Assembly: GCA_963771075.1 (NCBI GenBank)
Contig: CAVYSE010000011.1
Location: forward strand, 141,508-205,507
Length of the DNA: 64,000 nt
Origin: a candidate division FCPU426 bacterium
Lineage (GTDB): Bacteria > Oederibacteriota > Muellerivitia > Muellerivitales > Muellerivitaceae
Direction: 5' to 3'
Within the stretch, counting starts at the first letter, position 1. Each line of letters begins with the position of its first letter. Positions 17,487 to 26,814 of this stretch are shown here, piece after piece. The notes under the pieces were generated by a model that was given only the letters and a program-made list of their open reading frames with translations, made no database searches and was not told where the DNA came from. The position numbers and the translations under genes were made by a program.

Positions 17487-18175
17487 TCCTTCAGTAGATT
17501 CTTCAGTATGGAGCGGCCCCTGGAAATGCGGGATTTCACCGTGCCAATTCCGATTTTCATGACCTGGGCGATTTGTTCATATTCCAAACCTTCGAAATCC
17601 CTTAGAACGACCGCTTCCTTGTATTCCAAAGGGAGGGTTTGAACTGCTCTTTGAATCGCCCCTTTCAATTCATCGCTTTCAACATTTCGTAATGCCGTGG
17701 GTGATTTCATATCTTCCGCATTTTCTATGGGGTCTCGGCCTTGTTCACCTTTTTCCATGGGCGTGAAGACCTGGAATTTGGAACGGGCGGTTCGGGAACG
17801 CAAAAGATTACGGGATGTATTGGCGGTGATGGCGTAAATCCATGTTTTCAAAGAGCTTTCCCCTCGAAATCGGGGTAGGGCATTGTGTATTTTTAAAAAA
17901 ACTTCCTGGGCGACATCGCTTGCGTCCGCCTCATGGTTTAGAAAGCGATAAGCGACCCGATAAACCATGTTTTCGAAATTTTTCACGAGTTTTTCAAACC
18001 CGTCATCTCCCGACAGGGCGGCTTGAATGAGAGCCAGATCCTCATCGTGGGAAATTCCGTTTGAGGAGCCGGTTGAGGAAAAGAACCATGCATGAAGATA
18101 TCTCAATAGAAGGTTTGACATGGGAAAGGGTGAAAAGTTCCCCAAAAAAGTGGAAAACTGGACTTGGGAAAACAT
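17477..18175 (-). CDS. ECF-subfamily RNA polymerase sigma-70 factor
   Basis: Region 2 (FEKLVKNFENMVYRVAYRFL...DASDVAQEVFLKI) and region 4 (LEYEQIAQVMKIGIGTVKSRISRGR) are present. The true start may lie internal, at about 18121. Confidence 0.8.
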   Translation of the reverse strand: MFSQVQFSTFLGNFSPFPMSNLLLRYLHAWFFSSTGSSNGISHDEDLALIQAALSGDDGFEKLVKNFENMVYRVAYRFLNHEADASDVAQEVFLKIHNALPRFRGESSLKTWIYAITANTSRNLLRSRTARSKFQVFTPMEKGEQGRDPIENAEDMKSPTALRNVESDELKGAIQRAVQTLPLEYKEAVVLRDFEGLEYEQIAQVMKIGIGTVKSRISRGRSILKNLLKDWL

Positions 18176-18428
18176 AATTTAGTTTAACATATGAAATAAT
18201 AAAGCTTGGATGGTTAGAGGAGTGACACTTTGAATAGGTTAGGAACAATGAAGGGGCCTTCAAAGGAGTCCACCTTTTAGTTCTTTTTTCATTTCCAAAG
18301 GGATTTCTAAGACCTTCGAAATAAAAATCTTGAAAAAAAGGAAATTAAACCTGAGATAAGTCATAGGACGTCTATATCGCTAAAGCTACATTCAAAGTCA
18401 TATAATGAAGGTCGTAAGGAGAGAATCC

Positions 18429-18608
18429 ATGCCAAGGAAAAAAGCCACAGAAGAGACCGTGAAGAAGCCGCGTTCATCCCAAAAGAAGGTGACCAAGGAA
18501 GAAATTGAAACCTTGGCCTATTATAAGTGGTTGGAAAGGGGATGCCCTCAAGATGATCCGAATATTGATTGGCTCGCCGCAGAAAAAGAATTGAATTCCA
18601 AATCTTGA
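18429..18608 (+). CDS. DUF2934 family small protein
   Basis: The C-terminal EEIETLAYYKWLERGCPQDDPNIDWLAAEKEL matches the DUF2934 consensus (EEIAxRAYELWexRG...DWLeAErEL). RBS AAGGAGAG precedes ATG 18429. Confidence 0.6.
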   Translation: MPRKKATEETVKKPRSSQKKVTKEEIETLAYYKWLERGCPQDDPNIDWLAAEKELNSKS

Positions 18609-18895
18609 TGGCAAAAAAGAATTGAGTTTGATTTTCAACGCTTGCGACAAAATCATTGTATGTTTTTAAGGCAATAAATTTTTTTAACTGATTTAAATCA
18701 TATTCCGAAGCAACTTAGAGTCGTATATTCACACTCGGTAGGTGGTTCTTGAAATGGCACCAATGAGGTGCCAACGGGGTCAAACCCGGCGTGGTAAGAA
18801 AAGAACCTCCTCCAAGACCCTGGGTGGCTCCCCTACCTGGGGTTTTTTATTTTCCGGGACTTTTTACGTTGGCTAGGTGCGAAATTAAAATGGAA

Positions 18896-19996
18896 TCAGG
18901 CGGGCTGGTAAGCGCAAAAGGGGTCCGCTCCCATGATGTCGCCCGTTAATGCATAGGCTCTTGCTCTCGACCCGCCGCAATGGTACCGGTATTCACACCG
19001 GCCGCATTTCCCTTTCAAAGAATCCGAATCTCTCAAGGTTTTAAACATCTCGTTTTCTTGGTAGATCTTGGAGAGGGGTTCAGTTTTGACGTTCCCTCCG
19101 GGTATCGGAAGAAATCCGCTTGGGCAAATCTCGCCAATATGGGAGATAAACACGAAGCCGCGGCCATCATTTACGCCCAAGGCAGCCCGGATCAGCCCAG
19201 GGCTTGTTCCGGCTTTCATTGCCTTTTCGAGTTCCTCCGGTTTCACCCCGGACCGTTGCAAAATGATGCGGCGGAAATGATGGGCTTCCGTTGTTTTAAT
19301 ATCAAACCAACCTTCCTTCAAAATGTCATAAAGCTGGTTCAAAACAACCTCGGATTCGCCCGCCGTGAGGGCCTGTTTTTTATCAGCTCGGCCTGTGGGG
19401 ACGAGAAAGAAGACGGACCAACGCTCAATGGCATAATCGCGGATGACCTTGGCGATTTCCCAAATCTGGTCCTGATTATGCCGGGAGACGGTGGTGTTTA
19501 CCTGAAGCTTGATTCCCAAGTCCTTAAGCCAGCCCATGGTTTCAACGCATCGGGCGAAAGTTCCCGGTATTCCGCGGAAGGTGTCGTGGGTGTTAGCGTC
19601 CGACCCGTCAATTGAGATGGAAACCCGGTTCAGGCCGGCTTTCTGCAACTCTTTCAATTTTTCAAGCGTAAGCAAGGGGGTGACCGAAGGTGCCAGCGCG
19701 AAGGTTAACTCCCGTTTCGAGCATTCCTGTATAAGCAAGGGAAGGTCATCCCTTTTTAGTGGGTCCCCGCCCGTGATCACAAAAAGGGGGATTTTCCATT
19801 CGGCGATTTGTCGGATGAGATCGAGGGCTTGGGGGGTGTCCAATTCCCCGGGGTAGGGTTTGGATTCGGCGCTGGCGCGGCAATGGACGCAGGCAAGGTC
19901 GCAGGCCCGGGTGGCCTCCCAAATGGCGATGAATGGTTTTTCCGAGTAACGATGGTTGGGTTTAGGACTAATGCCAACGTTAGGATGGTTATTCAT
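18896..19996 (-). CDS. Radical SAM enzyme with a C-terminal SPASM domain (peptide/cofactor maturase-like)
   Basis: CX3CX2C motif (TRACDLACVHC) near the N-terminus. The C-terminal SPASM-like cysteine cluster is GKCGRCEYRYHCGGSRARAY...FCAYQP. Confidence 0.8.
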   Translation of the reverse strand: MNNHPNVGISPKPNHRYSEKPFIAIWEATRACDLACVHCRASAESKPYPGELDTPQALDLIRQIAEWKIPLFVITGGDPLKRDDLPLLIQECSKRELTFALAPSVTPLLTLEKLKELQKAGLNRVSISIDGSDANTHDTFRGIPGTFARCVETMGWLKDLGIKLQVNTTVSRHNQDQIWEIAKVIRDYAIERWSVFFLVPTGRADKKQALTAGESEVVLNQLYDILKEGWFDIKTTEAHHFRRIILQRSGVKPEELEKAMKAGTSPGLIRAALGVNDGRGFVFISHIGEICPSGFLPIPGGNVKTEPLSKIYQENEMFKTLRDSDSLKGKCGRCEYRYHCGGSRARAYALTGDIMGADPFCAYQPA

Positions 19997-20269
19997 TTTC
20001 TCCCCTTAAAATTGTTCAAGACCAGTTTGGTTGAATTCATCAGGCGAAAAACAAGGAAGACACCTACCAGAATTACTCGACCTTTACGCTATTGTATAGC
20101 CGTAATTGAATAGGGGTTATGACAAGGGCCATCTTTCCTGGCACCTGCACGATAATTCCGTTTATTTTATAACTTCCACACTGGAACTCAATCGATGTTT
20201 GAGGTTATATCTATTCCTGGGTCTCCTTTACTCAAATGAAGTTGTGTTTCAGGTATTGCCGAAATGCGA

Positions 20270-20287
20270 TTATGACACCTCTCATAA
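20270..20287. promoter_or_regulatory. Palindromic motif site TTATGAC-acct-CTCATAA (~85 nt upstream of the hemerythrin gene)
   Basis: One mismatch to the 7-4-7 consensus TTATGAC-N4-GTCATAA. A weaker copy lies at 20117-20134. Confidence 0.45.
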
Positions 20288-20370
20288 CCGGGGTTTGATT
20301 TCTTGAATAATATCAGTCGTGGGCAGGCGGTAGGCCACAAATGGATGGAATTTAAAATCTAAGGGGAAAA

Positions 20371-20781
20371 ATGAGTTTGATCGATTGGAAGGACAATTAC
20401 AGTGTTGAGATCGTTGAAATAGACCATCAACATCAGGGTTTTTTCCGACTGATCAACGGTCTTTATGACGCCCTGATCGAGGAAAAAGAAAAGGATTCTT
20501 TAGGGGCGATCATCCTTGAGTTGGAAGCCTACGCGAAAAATCACTTCAAAACCGAAGAAGACTACTTTATCGAATGGGATTTTCCCGGTGCGGAAAAACA
20601 CCGGTTGGAGCATGAGACCTTTACTCGAAACTTGGCCCGGTTTAAAGCCGGGTTCGAGTCGGGTGTCCAAATCGGCATTTCGGTTCAGTTATTGAGTTTT
20701 CTCAGTGCCTGGTTGAAAAACCATATTTTGGTCAGCGACCATCAATACGCCGATTTTATAAAGCAAAAAGCCGTGAAATAA
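20371..20781 (+). CDS. Bacteriohemerythrin (hemerythrin HHE cation-binding domain)
   Basis: The sequence ...W.DNYSVEIVEIDHQHQGFF...HF..EE..F...DFPGAEKHRLEHE shows the typical His/Glu diiron ligands. Confidence 0.8.
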   Translation: MSLIDWKDNYSVEIVEIDHQHQGFFRLINGLYDALIEEKEKDSLGAIILELEAYAKNHFKTEEDYFIEWDFPGAEKHRLEHETFTRNLARFKAGFESGVQIGISVQLLSFLSAWLKNHILVSDHQYADFIKQKAVK

Positions 20782-20854
20782 ACCGGACCATTTATTTCAC
20801 TGAATTTCCATTGATTCCAGCGCGTAAATCCTCGCCATCGGCTTTAATGTTTTT

Positions 20855-21529
20855 ATGAACAGTCCCTCTGAATCACCCCTTTTGAATGTCCTTTTCGAGA
20901 ATGAGGATCTCATTGCCGTCGATAAACCCGTCGGGCAAACGGTAATCCCGGCGCGGAATCAAAAGGATATCCTTCCTCCCCTTGTGGAAATGGTCTCAAA
21001 AAAAATAGGAAAAAAAGCCAATGTGGTTCACCGGTTGGACCAAGACACCAGCGGAATCGTGGTATTCGGGAAGAACGCCCAAACCCATCGGGAACTCTGC
21101 CTTCTCTGGGAAAAAAGAGAAGTCGTTAAGTTATATAAGGCCCTAGTTTGGGGAAAGGTTTCTTCCGGGGAAGGAATAATCGATCATCCTTTGCGACCTT
21201 TTGGTTCGGGCCGTATGGGGGTCGATCCAAACGGAAAGAAAAGTCAAACCCGATATCGGTTACTTCAAAGGGGGACAGGGTCTTCCTTATTGGAGGTGGA
21301 GCCCTGGACCGGGCGACGACATCAAATAAGGGTCCATTTTTATCACTTAGGGTTCCCTGTGATGGGGGATCCGCTTTACGGTCAGGAAAGGCCGGTGGGA
21401 GGTGTGTCCCGGCTTATGCTTCATGCCTATCAGTTGGTCATCCCCCTTCGGGGCCAGACATTGACGATCAATTGCGAGCCAGGAAAAGATTTTGTCAAAA
21501 TCTTAAATGAAAACACAGAAATGAAATAA
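20855..21529 (+). CDS. RluA-family pseudouridine synthase
   Basis: Catalytic motif VVHRLDQDTSGIVVFGKN and RRHQIRVH are present. Confidence 0.85.
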   Translation: MNSPSESPLLNVLFENEDLIAVDKPVGQTVIPARNQKDILPPLVEMVSKKIGKKANVVHRLDQDTSGIVVFGKNAQTHRELCLLWEKREVVKLYKALVWGKVSSGEGIIDHPLRPFGSGRMGVDPNGKKSQTRYRLLQRGTGSSLLEVEPWTGRRHQIRVHFYHLGFPVMGDPLYGQERPVGGVSRLMLHAYQLVIPLRGQTLTINCEPGKDFVKILNENTEMK

Positions 21530-21619
21530 GCCTCCCCTTTTTATAATCAACCCCTTTGTAATCGAAAACCCTTGGTCAAACATACAAGAAGATCTGCGGA
21601 TGAACTATAAAAAGGGCCG

Positions 21620-21637
21620 TTATGACTTAAGTCATGA
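21620..21637. promoter_or_regulatory. Palindromic motif site TTATGAC-ttaa-GTCATGA (~85 nt upstream of the RIC/ytfE-like gene)
   Basis: The core ATGACTTAAGTCAT is a perfect palindrome. Confidence 0.5.
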
Positions 21638-21722
21638 ATCTTTGTGAGGCGACCCCCTACCCTAAAGTGTGTAAGGATCAGAACCGGACGGTTTGGGAAC
21701 AGTCCCATCCCTAGGAGAATGA

Positions 21723-22460
21723 ATGAAAATCAGTCCCGATTGGACGGTTCGGGAAGTCGCTTCGCAAATCCAAGCTTCCATTCCGCTTTTTGAATCGCTT
21801 CATATTGACTATTGTTGCAATGGCCAACAAACATTGAAAGAGGCCTGTGTTACTTTGGAAATCCCCGTGGAAAAAGTCTTGGATTCGCTAGAGCGCATGG
21901 TGAACAAAACCCCCTCCAATCCAGATGCGCCCAACCCATGGGCTAAAAAAAGTATTCCGGAGCTTATTGACCATATCCTGGAAATCCATCACCCATTCAC
22001 GCGAGTCCAGCTCAATCGATTGATGAAATTGTCCGAAAAGGTTTCGCGCCTACATGCGGTCCGCCATCCCGAATTGATCCAATTGAACGGTTTGTTGGTC
22101 AAAATGGCCGAGGAGTTGGAAAGCCACATGGTGAAGGAAGAAGAAGTGGTTTTCCCCTGCCTCCGGAAACTTTGGGATTCGAGGCGAAAGAGAAAAAAAT
22201 TGGAAAATCCTTTTTTCCAAGGGGGGCAGGAAGATCCGGTCCATGTACTCGTCTGGGAACATGGAATGACAGGGGAGGAATGGCAAGAAATCCACCGTTT
22301 AACCAAAGATTACACCACGCCCGCGGATGCTTGCGTGTCCTATCGGTCCCTGTACCAGGGGTTGAAAGAGCTGGAGGATGATTTGCACCGGCACATTCAC
22401 CTGGAAAATAACATCCTATTTTACCGTCTCCAGCAATTGGGACTTTTGGGCTCCCTTTGA
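21723..22460 (+). CDS. Iron-sulfur cluster repair di-iron protein (RIC / YtfE / ScdA family)
   Basis: N-terminal ScdA_N motif (LHIDYCCNGQQTL) followed by hemerythrin-like His/Glu repeats. Confidence 0.8.
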   Translation: MKISPDWTVREVASQIQASIPLFESLHIDYCCNGQQTLKEACVTLEIPVEKVLDSLERMVNKTPSNPDAPNPWAKKSIPELIDHILEIHHPFTRVQLNRLMKLSEKVSRLHAVRHPELIQLNGLLVKMAEELESHMVKEEEVVFPCLRKLWDSRRKRKKLENPFFQGGQEDPVHVLVWEHGMTGEEWQEIHRLTKDYTTPADACVSYRSLYQGLKELEDDLHRHIHLENNILFYRLQQLGLLGSL

Positions 22461-22500
22461 TTCATCCGAAGCGACAACTCAAGAAAGGCTGCTTTTTCAA

Positions 22501-23280
22501 ATGATGACCATGAATCAAATGGACCTAAGGGGGATTGCCCACGGCTGGGAGCAAAAAATCCTTTCCGCTTTTGATGGTTTGAACGAGGGACAAGCGTTGG
22601 AAATCCTCGTGGATTGGGACCCAACCCCACTACATTTCCTGTTATTGAAGGAAAGAACCAGGCTTTTCCGATGGGAAAACCGGGAAAAAAAACCGGATCA
22701 TTGGAAGATCCGCCTCCTGCGAGTGGCGCATGGATTGGGGGAAGCCCCGGCCTCGGAACCGCCGGTTTTGACTCCCCGGCCTAACATCAGCCCGCGACCC
22801 GCCTGGATTGACGATTTGAACCCTTCCTGTGGACTTTTTTTGGACATTCGACCCCTTACTGAGAAAGGGCTGGACCCCTTTCAAATGATTGTCCAATCGG
22901 CGAAAGAGTTAAAACCCGGCCAACACCTGCACTTGGTCCAAAATGAGCAGCCGGAGTCTTTTATTTGTGCCCTGGGTCGGTTAGGGTATGAGGGGTTTGC
23001 CGAAATGAAAGGCGGGGTTTGGAACGCCTATTTCCGAAAGGGTAAGATTCCGCCCACCGGCCAACCGGTAATGGAACTGGATGTGAGACGGTTGACGCCG
23101 CCCCTTCCACTATTGAAGGTGCTGGAATCCCTTCCCTTGATCTCATCGGAAGGCGTTTTGAAGGTATTCTTCCCAAATCGCCCGGATAGTTTGATCGAGA
23201 AACTCCAGGCGCATGGTTTTGAGGTGAAGTGGGAAGCTTCCGAGGGTGGGGCGTTTGTACTTTGGATATGGAAAAAATAA
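22501..23280 (+). CDS. Protein composed of three tandem DUF2249-like modules
   Basis: Three repeats of the pattern LD[LIV]R.L.P..P...[IV]......L..G..L.[VL].....P: LDLRGIAHGWEQKIL..., LDIRPLTEKGLDPFQMIV..., LDVRRLTPPLPLLKVL.... The ORF in the track extends upstream (22378) in overlap with ytfE. ATG 22501 is the first start after the ytfE stop. Confidence 0.6.
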   Translation: MMTMNQMDLRGIAHGWEQKILSAFDGLNEGQALEILVDWDPTPLHFLLLKERTRLFRWENREKKPDHWKIRLLRVAHGLGEAPASEPPVLTPRPNISPRPAWIDDLNPSCGLFLDIRPLTEKGLDPFQMIVQSAKELKPGQHLHLVQNEQPESFICALGRLGYEGFAEMKGGVWNAYFRKGKIPPTGQPVMELDVRRLTPPLPLLKVLESLPLISSEGVLKVFFPNRPDSLIEKLQAHGFEVKWEASEGGAFVLWIWKK

Positions 23281-23379
23281 TCCAAAACCAGCGAAAGCTG
23301 AGTACCGATGTATGCCGGCGTGAATCGACGGGCCATGAACGGTCCTTGGATTCATGAACAATGTTGATTGGGAGCGACG

Positions 23380-24819
23380 ATGACAGAACCGATGATTATT
23401 CAGGGAGGAATGGGCGCCGGGGTTTCCAATTGGGTCTTGGCCCGCGCGGTTTCCCAGACAGGCCAGATGGGGGTGGTTTCCGGAACCGCTTTGGATTCGA
23501 TTATGGTCCGCCGGTTGCAAACCGGCGATATGGATGGAGCCATGCGACGGGCCCTGGTCGCCTTTCCCGACCCTGCCGTGGCCAAGCGCATTTTGGACCG
23601 TTATTTCATTCCCGGCGGCAAAAAAGATCATGAGCCTTTTCGATTGATCCCCATGTTCACCCTTACTCCGCCGAAAGAACTGGTGGAACTCAATGTGGCC
23701 GCCAATTTCGCGGAAGTTTGGCTCGCGAAGGAAGGGCACTCGGGCAAGGTCGGCATCAATTTCCTTGAAAAGATTCAAATGCCCCTCCTTTCCTGCATCT
23801 ATGGGGCCCTGTTGGCGAACGTGGATTATGTCCTCGTGGGCGCGGGCATTCCCCGGGCCATTCCGGCGATCCTCGATAAGTTGTCCCAGCATGAGGATGC
23901 CTCCATGAAGATCTATGTCCAGGGTGCCTCCGCTGAGGAGGAAAGCATCATGACCTTTCGCCCCCGGGATATCCTGTCGGAGATAGGCGAGGCGCTCAAG
24001 CGGCCCCGGTTTCTGGCCATCATCGCCTCGGAGGTCTTGGCCCTAACGCTTGCCAAGAAGTCCACGGGCAAGGTGGACGGCTTCGTAGTGGAAGGCCCCA
24101 CGGCCGGGGGGCATAACGCCCCGCCTCGCGGGCCCCTCCAGCTCAATGACAGGGGAGAACCGCTTTATGGGGTCAAGGATGAGGTGGACCTGCAGAAGAT
24201 CAAGGCCATCGGCCTTCCCTTTTGGGTGGCGGGTTCCATGGCCGACCCGGCTAAGCTCAACGCGGCTTTGGAAGCCGGTGCGGCGGGCCTGCAGGTGGGG
24301 TCCGTGTTCGCTTATTGCGAGGAATCAGGCCTCGCCGACTGGATCAAAAAAAAGGTGATCGAGGGTTTGCGGGCGGGATGGGTGCATGTTTTTACCGACC
24401 CCAAGGCCTCCCCAACGGGTTTTCCCTTCAAGGTGGTGAATGTCCCTGGGACCAATTCCGAATTAGGGGATTATCAAAAGCGAAAACGTATCTGCGACCT
24501 GGGATACTTGCGGAGCCTTTATAAGCGGAAAGACGGAACTCCGGGTTACCGTTGCGCCAGCGAACCCCACGAAGCCTATCTGCAAAAGCAGGGTGAAATG
24601 GCCAACACGGAGGGTCGCAAATGCCTTTGCAACGGTTTAATGTCCAATATCGACTTGTCCCAATCCCAGAAGGATGGGAGCGTAGAACGGGCGCTCGTTA
24701 CTTCCGGTGACGATGTGGGCAGGATCCTGAATTTCCTCAAGGGCGGCAAGGAATCCTATTCGGCCATCGAGGTGGTCGAGTATCTCCTGGGTTCCCGGAT
24801 TCCCGCGGCGGCGGTTTAA
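23380..24819 (+). CDS. Nitronate monooxygenase / 2-nitropropane dioxygenase (NMO, FabK-like) family FMN oxidoreductase, long form
   Basis: The N-terminal motif MIIQGGMGAGVSNWVLARAVSQTGQMGVVSG is typical of NMO. RBS GGGAG precedes ATG 23380. The overlapping minus ORF 23143-23892 is judged spurious. Confidence 0.75.
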   Translation: MTEPMIIQGGMGAGVSNWVLARAVSQTGQMGVVSGTALDSIMVRRLQTGDMDGAMRRALVAFPDPAVAKRILDRYFIPGGKKDHEPFRLIPMFTLTPPKELVELNVAANFAEVWLAKEGHSGKVGINFLEKIQMPLLSCIYGALLANVDYVLVGAGIPRAIPAILDKLSQHEDASMKIYVQGASAEEESIMTFRPRDILSEIGEALKRPRFLAIIASEVLALTLAKKSTGKVDGFVVEGPTAGGHNAPPRGPLQLNDRGEPLYGVKDEVDLQKIKAIGLPFWVAGSMADPAKLNAALEAGAAGLQVGSVFAYCEESGLADWIKKKVIEGLRAGWVHVFTDPKASPTGFPFKVVNVPGTNSELGDYQKRKRICDLGYLRSLYKRKDGTPGYRCASEPHEAYLQKQGEMANTEGRKCLCNGLMSNIDLSQSQKDGSVERALVTSGDDVGRILNFLKGGKESYSAIEVVEYLLGSRIPAAAV

Positions 24820-24855
24820 TCGGCCTTCTCCATGAGGGACTCAAAAGTGACTTAA

Positions 24856-24873
24856 TTATGACAGGGGTCATGT
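24856..24873. promoter_or_regulatory. Palindromic motif site TTATGAC-aggg-GTCATGT (upstream of the phosphoribosyltransferase gene)
   Basis: Matches the recurring 7-4-7 palindrome. Intergenic between the NMO gene and the PRTase gene. Confidence 0.5.
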
Positions 24874-25002
24874 GGCGCCCCGGTACCGGGGACCATAATC
24901 AAATCCAACTTCGCCGATTGGTTTTTGTAAGTTGAAGTTTTGCCCCGCGTCGAAACAATTTGGGGGGAACCTTTTAAGTCGCGTGTTGGGGATCAAACGA
25001 AC

Positions 25003-25704
25003 ATGAAACTCAAATTAAAATCCAAGTTTCCCTTTCGGGACCGAGACCAAGCCGCCCGGATGCTTTGCGAGAAACTTTTCCATTATCGAGGGCTGAACCC
25101 GCTGGTCCTCGGCCTTTCTCCCGCGTCCGTGCCCATGGCCTGTCTCTTGGCCCGTTACCTGAAGGGTGAGGCGGATATTTTATTGGTCGAGAAGATTTAT
25201 TCTCCCGAAAACCCCCATTTGGCGTTGGGAGTACTGGCGGAAGGCGGCGCTTTTACGCTCGCGCCCGGGGGAGGCCAAATGTGGGTTCCGCCCCATTTTC
25301 TGGAAGAAGAAATGCGCAAACTGTCCCACGGCCTTCAGGAACGCCGGAAATTATATACCCCCCAAAGGGCGCTCCTCTCCTGCGCGAACCGCGTCGTGAT
25401 CCTGATCGACGATCTCGCCAAAACGGGGGTAAGCCTTTGGGCCGCCTATCGGGAGGTGGATGGCCGGCATCCCGCCCAGGTGGTGGTAACGGTCCCGGTG
25501 GCGACTCCCGCGGCCTTGGAACTGTTGCGACGGGAAACGGAAGAAGCCTTTGCCCTCTGGTCCGGCGATCAATGGTCTACCCCGTCGGAGATTTACGAAA
25601 TCAACGTGAAGATCAGCGAAGAGGATGCCGCGGAATTCCTGCATCCCGTCGATCCGGACCTGTTGGTTTCCCGTGGACGAGCCCACTCGATTCCCGCCAA
25701 CTAA
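25003..25704 (+). CDS. Type I phosphoribosyltransferase-fold protein
   Basis: PRPP-binding motif VVILIDDLAKTGVSLWAA. ATG 24940 is an alternative start. Confidence 0.65.
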   Translation: MKLKLKSKFPFRDRDQAARMLCEKLFHYRGLNPLVLGLSPASVPMACLLARYLKGEADILLVEKIYSPENPHLALGVLAEGGAFTLAPGGGQMWVPPHFLEEEMRKLSHGLQERRKLYTPQRALLSCANRVVILIDDLAKTGVSLWAAYREVDGRHPAQVVVTVPVATPAALELLRRETEEAFALWSGDQWSTPSEIYEINVKISEEDAAEFLHPVDPDLLVSRGRAHSIPAN

Positions 25705-25754
25705 ACTCCTTGTGCCTATTTGGAAGCGCGCCCCTATAATGAGCCTTTCTTAAA

Positions 25755-26519
25755 TTGATAGGAGTGGTATCCCTTTTGTCCCCCTTCGTTTGGATGCTCC
25801 TGAGCGTGATCGTGGTAAGCCTCCTATCCCTGATCGGGATATCCCTTTTCGCGCTCAGCCATAAAACTTTCCATGCCCTTGTCTTCGTCCTGGTGGCCTT
25901 GGCCGTGGGGGCCCTCTTTGGGGACGCCTTTATCCATCTTTTGCCCGAGGCCATGAGGGAATCCTCCCAAGCCCTGGACGCCTCCCTGACGGTCATCGGC
26001 GGCATCCTCCTCTTTTTCATTCTCGAGAATTTCCTCCACTGGCGCCATCAGCACTCGGACGAGCATGAGGAAATCCAACCTTACGGTTATTTAAACCTGA
26101 CGGCGGACATGGCCCACAATTTTATCGATGGCCTCTTGATCGGGGGTTCCTACTTGGCGGGCATGAAGCTGGGAATGGCCTCAGCCCTGGCGGTGCTATT
26201 GCACGAGCTACCACACGAATTCAGCAATTTCGGAATCCTGGTGAAATCGGGGTTCTCCAAACAAAAGGCGATCTTTTTGAATTTCCTCACCGCCCTTACG
26301 GCCATCCTGGGCGGGCTGGCGGCCTGGTGGCTTGGGGGATCGGTGGCGGGATTTCTACGGGTCCTTTTGCCCCTGACCGCGGGGAGTTTTATCTATATCG
26401 CAGGAAGTGACCTGGTGCCCCAACTCCACAAGGACGTTAAAAGCGCCCGGGCCCTGGTCCAGTTCGTCGCCATCCTGACGGGCGTGGGGCTGATGCTCCT
26501 TATCAAGTTGTTGGAATAA
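25755..26519 (+). CDS. zupT: ZIP-family divalent metal transporter (ZupT-like)
   Basis: HNFIDGLLIGGSY...HELPHEFSNFGIL is the ZIP signature with conserved His residues in TM4/5. Start codon uncertain (TTG 25755 or ATG 25794). Confidence 0.8.
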   Translation: MIGVVSLLSPFVWMLLSVIVVSLLSLIGISLFALSHKTFHALVFVLVALAVGALFGDAFIHLLPEAMRESSQALDASLTVIGGILLFFILENFLHWRHQHSDEHEEIQPYGYLNLTADMAHNFIDGLLIGGSYLAGMKLGMASALAVLLHELPHEFSNFGILVKSGFSKQKAIFLNFLTALTAILGGLAAWWLGGSVAGFLRVLLPLTAGSFIYIAGSDLVPQLHKDVKSARALVQFVAILTGVGLMLLIKLLE

Positions 26520-26814
26520 ACCTGCCATTCCTCTTAATTTTCCATTCCATTTGGAAGGATCACTTGTGACGAAGTTACAAGTGGATTCAATCAACTCAGG
26601 AGTAAATATTGACTAAATATGTGACCCTGCTTATGGCGTTTGGCGGGGGGCTCTCGGATAATTAATGGAATCAATTCCCGTTCTAAATTCACATGAACGG
26701 GTCTTGGTTGTAGTTGGTTAACCAAAAACAGGTTCACTATTCTGTGAGCCGTTTCAATTTAATTTTCTTATCATGATTGTTTTACAAGGAAGCTATAGGG
26801 AATCTAATATCTCA

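Noticed and set aside
18754-18876. 40-codon basic ORF overlapping a hairpin plus T-run
   Set aside because: It is kept only as a note under the radical-SAM finding. Reading through a terminator-like structure makes translation doubtful.
23143-23892. 249-aa minus-strand ORF
   Set aside because: It overlaps the 3' end of the DUF2249 gene and the conserved N-terminus of the NMO-family gene. It has no motifs.
26561-26590. Inverted repeat CACTTGTGAC...GTTACAAGTG between the convergent zupT and GH43 genes
   Set aside because: It has no T-run and lies downstream of both genes. It could be a protein-binding site or a chance palindrome. I found no second copy in the window.
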